A stretch of 64,000 bases of DNA from Eledone cirrhosa (taxonomy: Eukaryota). Made by a program: the position numbers and the translations under genes. Below, one piece after another: positions 50,101 through 61,253 of this stretch. Where the stretch lies: NCBI GenBank assembly GCA_964016885.1, contig OZ024741.1:359848001-359912000 (forward strand), given 5' to 3'. Positions within the stretch are counted from its first letter, which is position 1; every line of letters begins with the position of its first letter. The notes under the pieces were generated by a model that saw only the letters and a program-made list of their open reading frames with translations, was not told the origin of the DNA and ran no database searches.

Positions 50101-52052
50101 CCTTTGGCCAGGTCATCACGAAGAGCAAACGGGACCGGGCGTGCCTTGTGAAAGACTGGTGTCGCGTCCGACTTGAACTTCACTTCCAGTTCGAAGTCAT
50201 TAAGACATCCCAATTCTTGCTTGAAGAGATCTGGGAATTCATCACACATGTTGTGACAATCTCGTTGCATGGAAATATAGGGCTCGTTTGAGGTCTTTGG
50301 ATGCATCACTTCTGCACCCTCACTCTTGGCCTGGCTATCTATGCTTTTCAATCCTAGAGCATTGTCCACGGAAATTCCCAGAGTCTGGATAGCGTTTCGT
50401 CCCAGCAAATTAAGATCAGGGATCTTGGTGACGATGTAGGGTATTGAATTCCGTTTACCGGTCGTTGGATCCTTGGTTTGGCCCATGAAAGTTCCCAGAA
50501 CGGGCAGGTCGTGCTTGCTGGCAGATTCAAACCGATGTTTGACATCTTGCAGCTTTGGTTTTCCTAATTGTTTCCAAACTAACAAGGAAACAAAATTGCC
50601 TGTAGTAGCTGTGTCCAATTCCATTGTGAAAAGTCTGTTCTGGATTGTTATTGGCACATTCAAACTATGAGTATCGTGGGGAACTTCACCAAGGATCGCC
50701 TTGACTAGCTCAGCTTTCGTGATTCTTTTCACGTAATTCTGTGAGCGATGATTACGTTGCTGATGTTGTTTCTTTCTACACACCGCTTGCAAATGTCCCT
50801 TTTTGTCACAAAAATGACATTTGGCTTCTTTGAAGGGGCAGTCTGTCACTTTGTGGGCCTTTCCACATCGGTAGCACATCTCCTGGTCTGTGGAATAAGA
50901 CTGCTGATGGTTCTTTCGAGGACCCTTGTTTTTGTTCTGCTGGACCTTGTAGACTTGCTTGGTTTTGGAACCGTAAACAGTTTCCTTGGCAACCTTTGCT
51001 GCGTCTTCGGTCCCGATGGCAACTTGGACAGCACGGGCGAAATCTAGTTCTGTATCCTTGATCTTGAAAATAGCCTTCAACACAGCTTCATTATTGACAG
51101 AACATATAAATCTCTGTCTTAGAGCTTCATCTTGTGGATTTGTGATCGAAGGAAAATCACAGGTAGCTGCATCCTGACGTATACGTGCTGCCAGCTCGTG
51201 GAGAGTTTCGCCTGGCTTCCGTTGCATGTCACTCCAGAACTTGAAACGTTCTCTCACAATGAAAAGTTTTGGGTCGAACTGTTCTTTCATGAAGTCAACA
51301 ATTTCGTCCATTGTCAACTTGTTGATATCCTTAGGCGGATTTTGTTGAGCAGCCAGATTTGCAAGTTGTTTGTAGATAGCAGCCGTCTGATTAGTCAGGA
51401 ACACTTGTGCCATGCGTTGCTCGGGTACAGCGTTAGCAGCCACAAACGTGCAGAATCTTGACCAGTAATCAGGCCATAGTTCTGTTGTTGAATCAAAAGC
51501 AGCAAATGGTGGGATGAATGCTGTTGGTGTCGAAGCAACTGGCGACGCCAATAAACTCTGTTGTTCAGAATCTGGAGCACCAAACAGTTTTATCAGAGTG
51601 TCCATATCTTTCTTGTGTTGTTGCATTTGTTGTTCCTGTTGTTGCATTTGTTGTTCCATCTGTTCTCTAAACAACTTTATTAGCTCCGCTATTTGTTGTT
51701 CCGCCATGTTTTTATGATAAACAATTTCCCGGCAATGTAGGTAAATCCTATCGGCGACGCCAATAAACTCTGTTGTATTCCTCTCGGTACTCGCAGAGAA
51801 AACACGAGTTATATCAAATAATTTGTGTATTGTACGAAACAACCAAAACGCCCCTCCTCACAGTAGCAGAATAACATAAAGTAAGTAAGTGCCAGCAACA
51901 GTCTGTGACCGAGTTTTTAATACCAACGCTGACTGACTGCCCAGGTCACGTGATTCATATGCAAATGTGTGAGCACGTGTAAACTGAATAAAACGAATTT
52001 AACAGTCCATACAACAATGAGGTTGTGAGTTCGATTCCCAGTCCATACAACA
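47130..52052 (-). mobile_element. Full-length Ty3/Gypsy (Mag-like) LTR retrotransposon
   Basis: 282-bp LTRs at 47130-47411 and 51771-52052 (TG...CA, about 3 differences by eye); 5-bp TSD GAATC; PBS TGGCGTCGCCGATAGGA (tRNA-Ser-like); PPT ggtggggagg. Confidence 0.96.
47446..51707 (-). CDS. Gag-pol polyprotein with one frameshift at ~48067 in integrase
   Basis: ATG of MAEQQ at 51707; two CCHC knuckles; protease LDTAT; RT LPFG/FQDD; RNase H CDAS/KEALA/TDHKPL; integrase HHCC, D,D35E (LHLD, TDNA, NGAAE); the frame shifts after VQTFKQ into LRKTSLPP...YRRTP. Confidence 0.9.
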
Positions 52053-52250
52053 GAATCACATACAAAATATTCATGTATAATAAAGATCCTTGTAGCTATG
52101 AATTTTAAAAGTTGTGATCATGTCACTGCTATTCTTAACAACGAAGGGAGAACACCCTGATGGTACTGTTCGTGGTTTTTTAACTGTCATCACAAGGTTT
52201 ATGCCTTTGGTTGCAAAGACGAAATTATCTAAAACCTTATATTATATATA

Positions 52251-52296
<46 letters not shown>

Positions 52297-52337
52297 CATA
52301 ATATATGTATATGTGTGTGTGTATATATATATATATA

Positions 52338-52720
52338 AGCAAAGGGATATTCAATTTGTTGGTAATTGTAATTCAACAAATATATTTATAACAGATTCGA
52401 AACACTCGACAGGTTTTCTGGAGTATAATATCAATGATATTAATAAATGGAAACTATATTTATAAAACCATATTTATTCTATTATATATATTTCAAGGGT
52501 ACCAAAACTTTGGTACGCTTTCATCAGATAAAATACAAAGTTTGTTTTATAAATAGTGACATGCCCAGGAATCAGACCTTAACGGAACTTGAAATTTATA
52601 AAACAAACTTTGTATTTTATCTGATGAGAGCATAGCAAAGTTTTGGTACCCTTGAAATATATATAATAGAATAAATATGGTTTTATAAATATAGTTTCCA
52701 TTTATTAATATCATTGATAT
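52338..52720. repeat. (TA)n-flanked fold-back unit with ~127-bp arms
   Basis: Arms 52428-52554 and 52594-52720, 39-nt loop, ~90-bp unique leader. Confidence 0.9.
52475..52535 (-). ncRNA. Type I hammerhead ribozyme (mirror copy on + at 52613-52673)
   Basis: tattttat-CTGATGA-aagcgtaccaaa gt tttggtaccctt-GAAA-tatata-TA-atagaata: stem I of 8 bp, long stem II, palindromic stem III. Confidence 0.7.
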
Positions 52721-52764
52721 ATATATATGTGTGTGTGTTAGGTAATCCGAAGAAAAAGCATGTG

Positions 52765-52803
<39 letters not shown>

Positions 52804-53137
52804 GGAGCACATGGCTTAGTAGTTAGAGCATTGGCCTTGCAATCGAAAGGTTGTGAGTTCAATTCTCAGACCGGGTGATGTGTTGTTTCCTTGAGCAAGA
52901 CACTTTATTTACATTGCTCCAGTTTACTCAGCTGTAGAAATGAGATGATAAGGACTGGGGTCCATATCATTCCACTGCAAAGTGGTCGTGTAGGCGCCAC
53001 GGTAAAAAAGTACCCAGCACTCACTGTAAATGAGGTTGGTGTTAGGAAGGGCATCCAGCTGTAGAAATCAAGCCAGAATCAGTTCCCGTCCCACCCTTGC
53101 AAGCAGGGAAAAGCGGATGTAAAATGATGATGATGAT
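52804..53137 (+). mobile_element. tRNA-head SINE joined to an RTE-type 3' tail
   Basis: A/B boxes and core, then ggttggtgttaggaagggcatccagctgtagaaa...(GAT)n matching the RTE 3' UTR. Confidence 0.65.
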
Positions 53138-53220
53138 ATAGTTTAATAAATGAACAGAGAACAAAAAACAGAGAGGCAGTACAAATGATAGTTTTTAGTT
53201 TCACGCTTGAGAGTGGGGTG

Positions 53221-54591
53221 TCATCATCATCATCATCATCATCAGGTTTAGCGTCCGTGTTCCACGCTTGCATGGGTTTGGACGGGGGTTTTCCCACTTG
53301 AGGCAAGAGTGGTTGTCTTGCTCGCATAGGACTGTCTGGCGGGTTTTCTACAGTTGGATGCCCTTCCTAACACCAACCACATTTACAGTGTGGGGCTGGG
53401 AGGTTTTTACCGTGTTGCCTACACGGCCACATTACAGCGTGGACTGTCTGGTGGGTTTTCTACAGCTGGATGCCCTTCCTAACACCAACCACATTTACAG
53501 TGTGGGGCTGGGAGGTTTTTACCGTGTTGCCTACACGGCCACATTTACAGCGTGGACTGTGTGTTTTTTGTCGTGACACCTACACGATCTCATTTGTTTC
53601 GGCCTGGATGTTGTGGGACCAACATAACTTTACATTGAAAGGGGTGGAGGTGGTGGGACGGGGGTGTGTTTTGATAGAGATGCCTACTGACTGTAGTAGG
53701 TTTTTACTTTGTATTTAGGTAAGGCGGGTCTTCTCTATTACTGAGTACCGCCAAAGGTCTCGGTCCAGTGACATTGTCTTGGAGAGGTGTAAGCGTGTGA
53801 GGTCGGAATTTATCAGCTCGTCCCATGTTTTTCTGGGTCTGCCTACTCCGTGGCTACCGTCTATCTTTATTGCCCTGCACTTTGTTATACAGCTGTCGTC
53901 TTTCATGTGCATCACGTGACCGTACCAACGTAGCCTTCTCTCGAGTAAACAACATCTGATCCCTCTTATTTCTAATTTTTTCCTTAGTTCGTTTATGCTT
54001 TGCCGTTCACGTATATTACTATTGCACATCCAGCGGAGCATGCAAGCTTCGTTCCTCTCTAGTCTGCGTATATCCTCTGCACACAATGCCCAGGTCTCAC
54101 TGCCATGCAGCATTGCTGTTCGTATGCAGGCATCGTATAACCTGCCTTTCATTTTTAGGGAGAACCCTCTAGCGGCTAATAGTGGTATAAGCTCTCTGAA
54201 CTTTTTCCATCCAGTTCTGACTCTAGCTACTGTACTTTCAGAGCACCCTCCCCCACTGCTGATTTTGTCACCCAGATAACGGAAGCTGTCCACTATTTCT
54301 ATAGAACCCTCTGTGCAGTTGAAGGAGCTAGTATTTTGTGGGCACTTGCTGCTACTTATTGCACCAGAGCACCGGCCACATGTAAAATCTATGTTCTTAG
54401 TTAGCTTACCTGTGATCCCACTACATCTTTTATGCACCCATACTTTGCATTTGGGACATAAAATGGAGTTTCTACCTACTCCTTTCCTACACACTGAGCA
54501 TGGCCATTTCCCAGATGGGACCGCCGCCTTATTTTCTTTCCTACAAACTAGAACTTTAGTCTTAGCCAGGTTAATTTTAAGGCCTTTTGAT
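53221..54591 (-). mobile_element. 5'-truncated young copy of the RTE at 10976-14882
   Basis: Near-identical protein over ~290 aa, (GAT)n tail, 5' junction in (TA)n. Confidence 0.92.
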
Positions 54592-54630
54592 GTATATATA
54601 TATATATATATACTCATATATGTATGCTCG

Positions 54631-54682
<52 letters not shown>

Positions 54683-54859
54683 AACAAAATCAATATATGT
54701 GTCTGTATCTATATTATAAAAGCTATCTGAAACGAATTTTTTTAGGATATTCAAAGTTTTTTTTTAGTCTTCATTGAAAATGTGAATGCAAACACTTTCT
54801 GAGATCCCAGGAAATTTGGAAATTTGCATCTACTTTCTTAGTGCCTGTATGCACTCCCC

Positions 54860-54897
<38 letters not shown>

Positions 54898-55379
54898 TCC
54901 ATATTTGTGTGGATTGGATGAAATTCAGAGCTTATCCTGGTTTCATGGGTGTTAAGCAACTGGGATTACAGGACTATCCCACAGCTTGCTGGTACTCATT
55001 TTGCAGCTGAGTGAACTAAAGCAATGTGAAATGAAGTGTCTGCTTAAGGATACAATGCATCATCCAGTCTGAGAATCATACCCATGGCTTTATGATCATA
55101 AGCCCAACACCCGAACCACTAGACTACATTATTTCATTTACGGTGTTGTGATTGTCATAAATTTTGGAATTTCTTTATTTGATGGAGGTTGAGAAGAGAT
55201 AAGTGAATAGAAGTAAGTGTTGGGCTATCATTTATGTGTATACACACATATATATATTTTTGGTGATTAACAAGACCAGCACTAGAAAGCAGTACTCTTG
55301 CACATATTACATCTAAATTTGGGATTGAAATTTGGAATCTCTGTTGACACCCTTTCATAAGGATCTTGTCGCAAACTTA

Positions 55380-55800
55380 TCGTAACCATCTTTAATCATG
55401 CTATGCCAACCTATTCCGTTCTTTGCTAAGGATTCCCAATTTCTAATATCCATATCAAGAATTTTCAAATTATCCCTAACACATCTTTGAATTGTTTCTT
55501 TGGTTTATGATTTGGCCTCTTTTTATTTAAAATCTCTTCATATAACAATCTCTTGGGCAACCTGGTATCGTCCTTCCTGATAACATGACCAGTCCAACGC
55601 ATTTGGCTGTAAACAATCAACTTTTCAATACTATCACAACCAGCTCTCCTCATTACTTCTGTATTTGGTGTCAAAGATGAATCTATCACAATTTTCATGA
55701 AACCTTTCTAGCCATTTTGTGTGGTGCCTATAGGTTGTCCATACTTCAGATCCATACAGTAATACAGTTAGCATGCATGTTCTGTACACACTTATTTTAA
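55380..55800 (-). mobile_element. Old RTE/BovB-like 3' fragment
   Basis: SIEKLIVYSQMRWTGHVIRKDDTRLPKRLLYEEI...KPKKQFKD. Confidence 0.75.
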
Positions 55801-56445
55801 TTACTAGATAAAGGGCTCAATGTAGTCCTACATATCCCTAAAAAGTCAGGATGATCATCACTTTATTTTTTATCAAACATGCTTGAGCTGGATTAATCAG
55901 GAGCTAAACAACAACTAGAGTGATTGATGACAAATGTAGCTAATAGAACTTTTGTAAGCTATCTTAGTCTGGAAATTAGGCTTAAATGACAATGATGAAG
56001 ATAATGTAAATTTTAATTTACTCTAACACTTAAAAAAAAAGTTAAAGTCTGTTCTAAGCCTGGAGGCTCACCAGGCCAGAGCTTATCCCAGTTTCATTAC
56101 TGTTAAGCAACTGAGAATAGAAGACAGTCCATTGTAGCATTAATACTTAGCTGTTACTGGTCACCATTTTTAGCTGAGTTTACTGGATCAACATGAATTG
56201 AAATGTTTTACTCAACAACAAATTGCGCCACCCATTTAGAATTGAACCCACAACATTATGATCATAAGTCCAACACCAAAACCATTAGGCTGTTCTCAAA
56301 GTGTCATCGATAAATCACTGAGAGAGTTGACAAAGCAATGTTACTTATGAGAACATTTAGATAATGTCTTTAGTTGATTTTAACTAAAATATATCTTCAC
56401 GCATGTTATGTTATTAATAGATTTTATTGTATTTTACAAATTTAG

Positions 56446-56871
56446 GTATATACTGTAGAAGAAGCTCTTCCTCATGTGAGCCATCTTGAAGGCATTTTTG
56501 CCAAGAATCTTTTCCTCCGAGATAAGAAGAAGAAGTTATGGTTATTTTGTGCTGCCCATAATGCTGACATAAAGTTGACCGACTTGGGCAAATTAATTAG
56601 TGCACCCGGTGGTTTACGCTTTGCAGATGAATCTGTTTTGTTTGAAACTCTTGGACTGACTCAAGGTTCTGTTACAATCTTTGGTCTTGTTAATGATATT
56701 AAGCATGATGTTAAAGTCGTTTTAGATTCCAACTTAATTGATGGTACATATAAAACCATATATTTTCACCCTATGGTAAACTCTGCAAGTGCTGGTATAT
56801 CACCAAGTGACTTGGAAGTATTTTTAGCAAAAACAGGACATAAACCTATCGTAGTTAATATTCCAAAATAA
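56446..56871 (+). CDS. PRORSD1: Prolyl-tRNA synthetase-associated domain protein, exon 2 (171 aa total)
   Basis: Acceptor tttag|GTATAT; VYTVEEA...KNLFLRDKKKKLWL...LRFADE...LG..GSVTIFGLVND...FHPMVN are ProX/PrdX hallmarks; TAA stop. Confidence 0.92.
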   Translation, partial: VYTVEEALPHVSHLEGIFAKNLFLRDKKKKLWLFCAAHNADIKLTDLGKLISAPGGLRFADESVLFETLGLTQGSVTIFGLVNDIKHDVKVVLDSNLIDGTYKTIYFHPMVNSASAGISPSDLEVFLAKTGHKPIVVNIPK

Positions 56872-58074
56872 AATGATTTGCTAAAAAGTATTTGTGTTAT
56901 TTTTCTAAAAATACATTTTATAAAGTAGACGTGTATAATCTAAATAATAATAACATATAGCTTTTTTTATCCATCTGACTCACTAACATTATGCTTTGTT
57001 AAAAATATTCTTAATTGTCTGCCACTGGTGTTGTCTGTGTCTCCTTCTTCCACCAAAACTGTAATGATATCCAGTGGAATGTCTGCCCTCCCCCATAGTT
57101 TCTCCTGTGCACCCCCCCCCCTCCTTTATCAAACATATATATGCTACATTTTGGTGAAGAAACCAAATATTACTTTCTGCCTATAAAACAGGTTATGTAC
57201 TAGTCTTTATGAATATTTTTTTTGGAGAAATTATTTATAAAGGACCTATATTTTTAGAGAAAGATAATGAAGTAGTGCGAGATATTCATGCTTTTTTAAA
57301 ACACTATTCATTGAAAAATAAATCATGGAAAAGATTTGAATTTTACAACTTTTTCAAAATTCACTACAATGTTTGGTTTCTCTCTTGATTTCAAACAGGG
57401 AATTACAATAATTGTCAGCTCCTCAGTGACACAAATGTGTGAAATTTGAAAGTGTTCTGAAGTTTGTGCTGTATGGCATCCTTGTGTCTTCCAGCCTTAA
57501 CCCTTTAGCATTTACATTACTCTATATTTACAATCATGGTTTCATGGTAAACACTTTAACTCACATAATATCGAATCTATGAGATTTTGATATTATTTAT
57601 TTTGAGAATAATACCTTAACATCAGTATGAGCAGCCTGTTACAGCTGGTTTGAACAGAAAAAGGTGAGAGAAATCTGGCCGGATATGGCTGGTTTAAATT
57701 CTAAAGGGTTAATTTGAGGTGTTAAGAAACATAAATATGAAACTGTATAACTGTGGATACAAACAAACAAACAATCAGTTGGCAAGGACTAAGCTAAATT
57801 TAGATTGTTTGATGTGCAATGTTAATTTATTTACAAGACATGGTAGGCTAAAGTTGTTGGACATTGCCTGATGTGTTGATAAGATGACTATATTAATTTA
57901 ATATGCAACATAATCATCATCATTTGATATCTGTTTTCCATTCTGCCATGGATTGGACAAGTCATCATGGTCTGAGACTAGACTGCTAGATGCCCTTCTT
58001 AATACCAACAACTTTACACTGTACTAGGTGCATTCTATTGTGGCACTAGTACCACTACTTTACTGAGTATATTG

Positions 58075-58375
58075 TGTGAATTTAATTGTGGCATCAGTAC
58101 TACCACGTTAGAGTATACTATGTGAATTTAATTGTGGCATCAGTACTACCACGTTAGAGTATACTATGTGAATTTAATTGTGGCATCAGTACTACCACGT
58201 TAGAGTATACTATGTGAATTTAATTGTGGCATCAGTACTACCACGTTAGAGTATACTATGTGAATTTAATTGTGGCATCAGTACTACCACGTTAGAGTAT
58301 ACTATGTGAATTTAATTGTGGCATCAGTACTACCATGTTACAGTATACTATGTGAATTTAATTGTGGCATCAGTA
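58075..58375. repeat. 46-bp minisatellite, ~6.5 near-identical copies
   Basis: tgtgaatttaattgtggcatcagtactaccacgttagagtatacta at 58075, 58121, 58167, 58213, 58259, 58305 and 58351. Confidence 0.92.
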
Positions 58376-59108
58376 TTAACCACATTATGGAGCACACTGT
58401 GTGCCTTTAATTGGTTCTAACAGTCAACATTCCAATAATGCCTCTGTGATTAGGGACTGCTTACCCATTTATTGATTTATTAAACACTTGTCTGGCTCTA
58501 TTAGTGATGGCTTACGTTTGTGGTAGTTTATTACCCACTCAACTACTTGCAGCAGCAAGAGTGTGCCTTTCTAAATAATTTATAATATTCTTATTTCACA
58601 CAAGTTAATAAAGGAATTTCTGTAGTCAATCAACATGTTCAATGTGTCAGTGAAAAGCCTTTCAACAAACACTCTATCATCATCCTCATTATCGTTTTAA
58701 TGCTTGTTTTCACTACTAACAAGGGTTAGACAGATCTATATAGACCAAGTCTGTACTGAAGCGGGGCTACTGATCTCCCAGTCAGGCCAGGGAACTGCAT
58801 CTCACTTACAGACTACCAAGTGCACAGGAGAGGTCGTCATGTCTTTGACACAATGGAAGGGCCCTCCCAACCTTTTGTTTGGCAAGCTTTCTATGGCTTT
58901 TAGAATTGTGACAAGTCTTAAATTGTAGACTAGCCAGCAATAAAGATGAGATGGCCAAAGTAAAAAACTACAACTATATAATACTATCTTTCTACTAAAG
59001 GGCTACTTAGACAGAGCTACATAGTTACTCACATATTGTGTAGTGAACAATTTTAAATGTCAAAACTATTTCAGAGAAAAACACCAAATAAATAAATAAA
59101 CAGAAATT

Positions 59109-59318
59109 TCAGTGTGAAAATTTATTGCGTTCAAATTCATTAAATAGTAGAAAATCTTTCAGTGGATTAGGAATGTGAAGTTTTTTGATGTTGTCATCTA
59201 TAGAAACCTTCAAATGTCTGCGAATACTAATGCGACACCATTCTGTCAATGTTCGTTCTGGAAATAGTAAGGATGACAACCAAGGTATCACTTGTTTGTA
59301 GTTGTTACATTTCTGAAT
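59109..59318 (-). CDS. Terminal exon of a SOCS-box protein (for example ASB-like); the rest lies upstream
   Basis: Acceptor tttctcatttctattgcag; ...PERTLTEWCRISIRRHL...IKKLHIPNPLKDFLLF matches the SOCS box LxxxCRxxIRxxL...LxLPxxLKxYL; TGA stop. Confidence 0.8.
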   Translation of the reverse strand: MQKCNNYKQVIPWLSSLLFPERTLTEWCRISIRRHLKVSIDDNIKKLHIPNPLKDFLLFNEFERNKFSH

Positions 59319-59489
59319 CTGCAATAGAAATGAGAAATTTTCTTTGTTAATTCCTGGAAATAAATAACTTTCTTAATAAAAATGCTTTCAGACCTTTATT
59401 TTGGTTGAAGGTTACTTCGTTTTTAAAAACATTTTCAATACAGTTTAATAGAAAAAGAAAAAAAAAAAGAAAATTTAGATTGAGAAGAA

Positions 59490-59650
59490 TGGCATGTGAA
59501 ATAGGAAAATATAGAGAAAACAATAAAAAAGAAAAAATGGGAATGGAAAGGACTCTAGTGTTAAGGAAGGGGGAAGACGATTGGGCTCTGGGCCTATGGC
59601 GCGGCAGTAAAGGGTCTGCACCCTGCGGACAAGACTGAAAAAGCATTCCC
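59490..59650 (-). mobile_element. CRE-like element 3' fragment
   Basis: GNAFSVLSAG plus the shared 3' UTR. Confidence 0.6.
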
Positions 59651-61253
59651 AATATTCAAAATAGGTGCAGGAAGGGTTATATAGATATTGGCATGGTGTT
59701 AACCACACAGCCATGTCTGAGTCTAAGTTTGCCTCGCAACTACATATTACAATATATGTTGCAAATGTAGAATTGTAAGGGAATTGGCATACATTAGAAA
59801 TATAGCAAGAACTTGATACTGATAGAATTCAATATGATAATAAACAACACTATCTATCAATGGAATCTGTGGAAGAGGAACACATGGAACAAAGTGGTAA
59901 GGACAAACGTCAAGAAGCTGAACTTCATGATGGAGATGACAAAAGACCATGATAATTAGCTACTTGTGGTACAAGAGAAGACCTGTCCACTGGTATAAGC
60001 AAAGTGCCCAAAAAACTCTGATTAGGTCTCCTCGTTCTTGTACTGCTCTATCAGTTACACCTTTAAATCTCCATCCTCTCATCTATCACTCTCTTGTATA
60101 CTCCGTGTAGTGCCATCATGCAATGGGGTGTGGAATTTGGCTTGACTTTACTTGATTCCTCCGCAATCACTCATTATTACTATTATTGCTGTACCTACCT
60201 CTTACACCATCAGCCAGATATCTCTCTACCTATATCCCACATCAACAGTATTGCCACAAGAGAGGGCATCTATTCTGACCATTATCCTCCACTGCTAATC
60301 ATAGTTTTTTCTCCTCTCTGTCTTACCACCTTCTACCACAGGTCATCACTCTTCACATAGTTCTTGGTTAACATTTGCCACTCGCTTTCACCCATCCCTT
60401 TACCTTAGAACAAGGTAAAGGGATGGGTGTGATTATAAAATGCACATGGCAAACACTTCACTTATGTCAAGGACATGACAAGCTCTCTAGTACAGGTGCC
60501 TCAACTAAAATCATCCAGTACATTCTGTAAAATAGTTGGTATTCAACTATAGAAACCAAGCTAAAAATGGAATGTATTGAGTGAGATGTGGTCTTCCAAC
60601 TCATCTAGGAAAACAGTGGCTCTGATTAAGTACTGGCATACTTCTATACAGTTTCTGTCTACCAAATTTCACTCATAAGGCATTTGACAATTCAAGGCTA
60701 TAGTAAAAGATACTTGCCCAAGGTACTTATACAGTGGAACTGATCATGAAACCACGTGGTTGTGGGGCAAGTTCCTTAAATACACAGCTATACCTGTGCC
60801 TAGTATCATCAGAGGAATTCTTTAAAATATTTATATAAAAATTGTGTCTTTTAACAGTGCATGACTACAAAATGATAAAAAAATTTTAAATGAAGCTTGT
60901 TAAAATTTCTTTTCACACATAGTTGTGTTGGCCAAATGGTAGCTGTGCACAAAAGGAAAGTTAAAAACTAGTTCCAAAATTTTCATGAAATATAGGTGTA
61001 GGCATGGTTATGCAGTTATGAAGTTTGCTTTGCAAAGATGAGGGTTTATTCCCACTGCATGGCACATTGAGCAAATGTCTTCTATTACAGCCTCAGGTTG
61101 ACCAATGCCTTGTGAGTGAAATTTAGTAGATGGAATCTGTGTGAAACCCTGTCACATATACGAGCAGGACATAGTCACCTGACCAGTCTGCTCTCAATAC
61201 AGGAATATGGAAGCATGGAAAACAGGTTAAACAGTGATTATATATATGTATAT

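Noticed and set aside
51708-51842. N-terminal 45 codons of the 1259-aa ORF call
   Set aside because: They begin at a non-ATG codon inside the LTR/PBS; the real gag start is probably the ATG at 51707.
58075-58375. CRISPR-like array
   Set aside because: Head-to-tail identical units with no spacers; a minisatellite.
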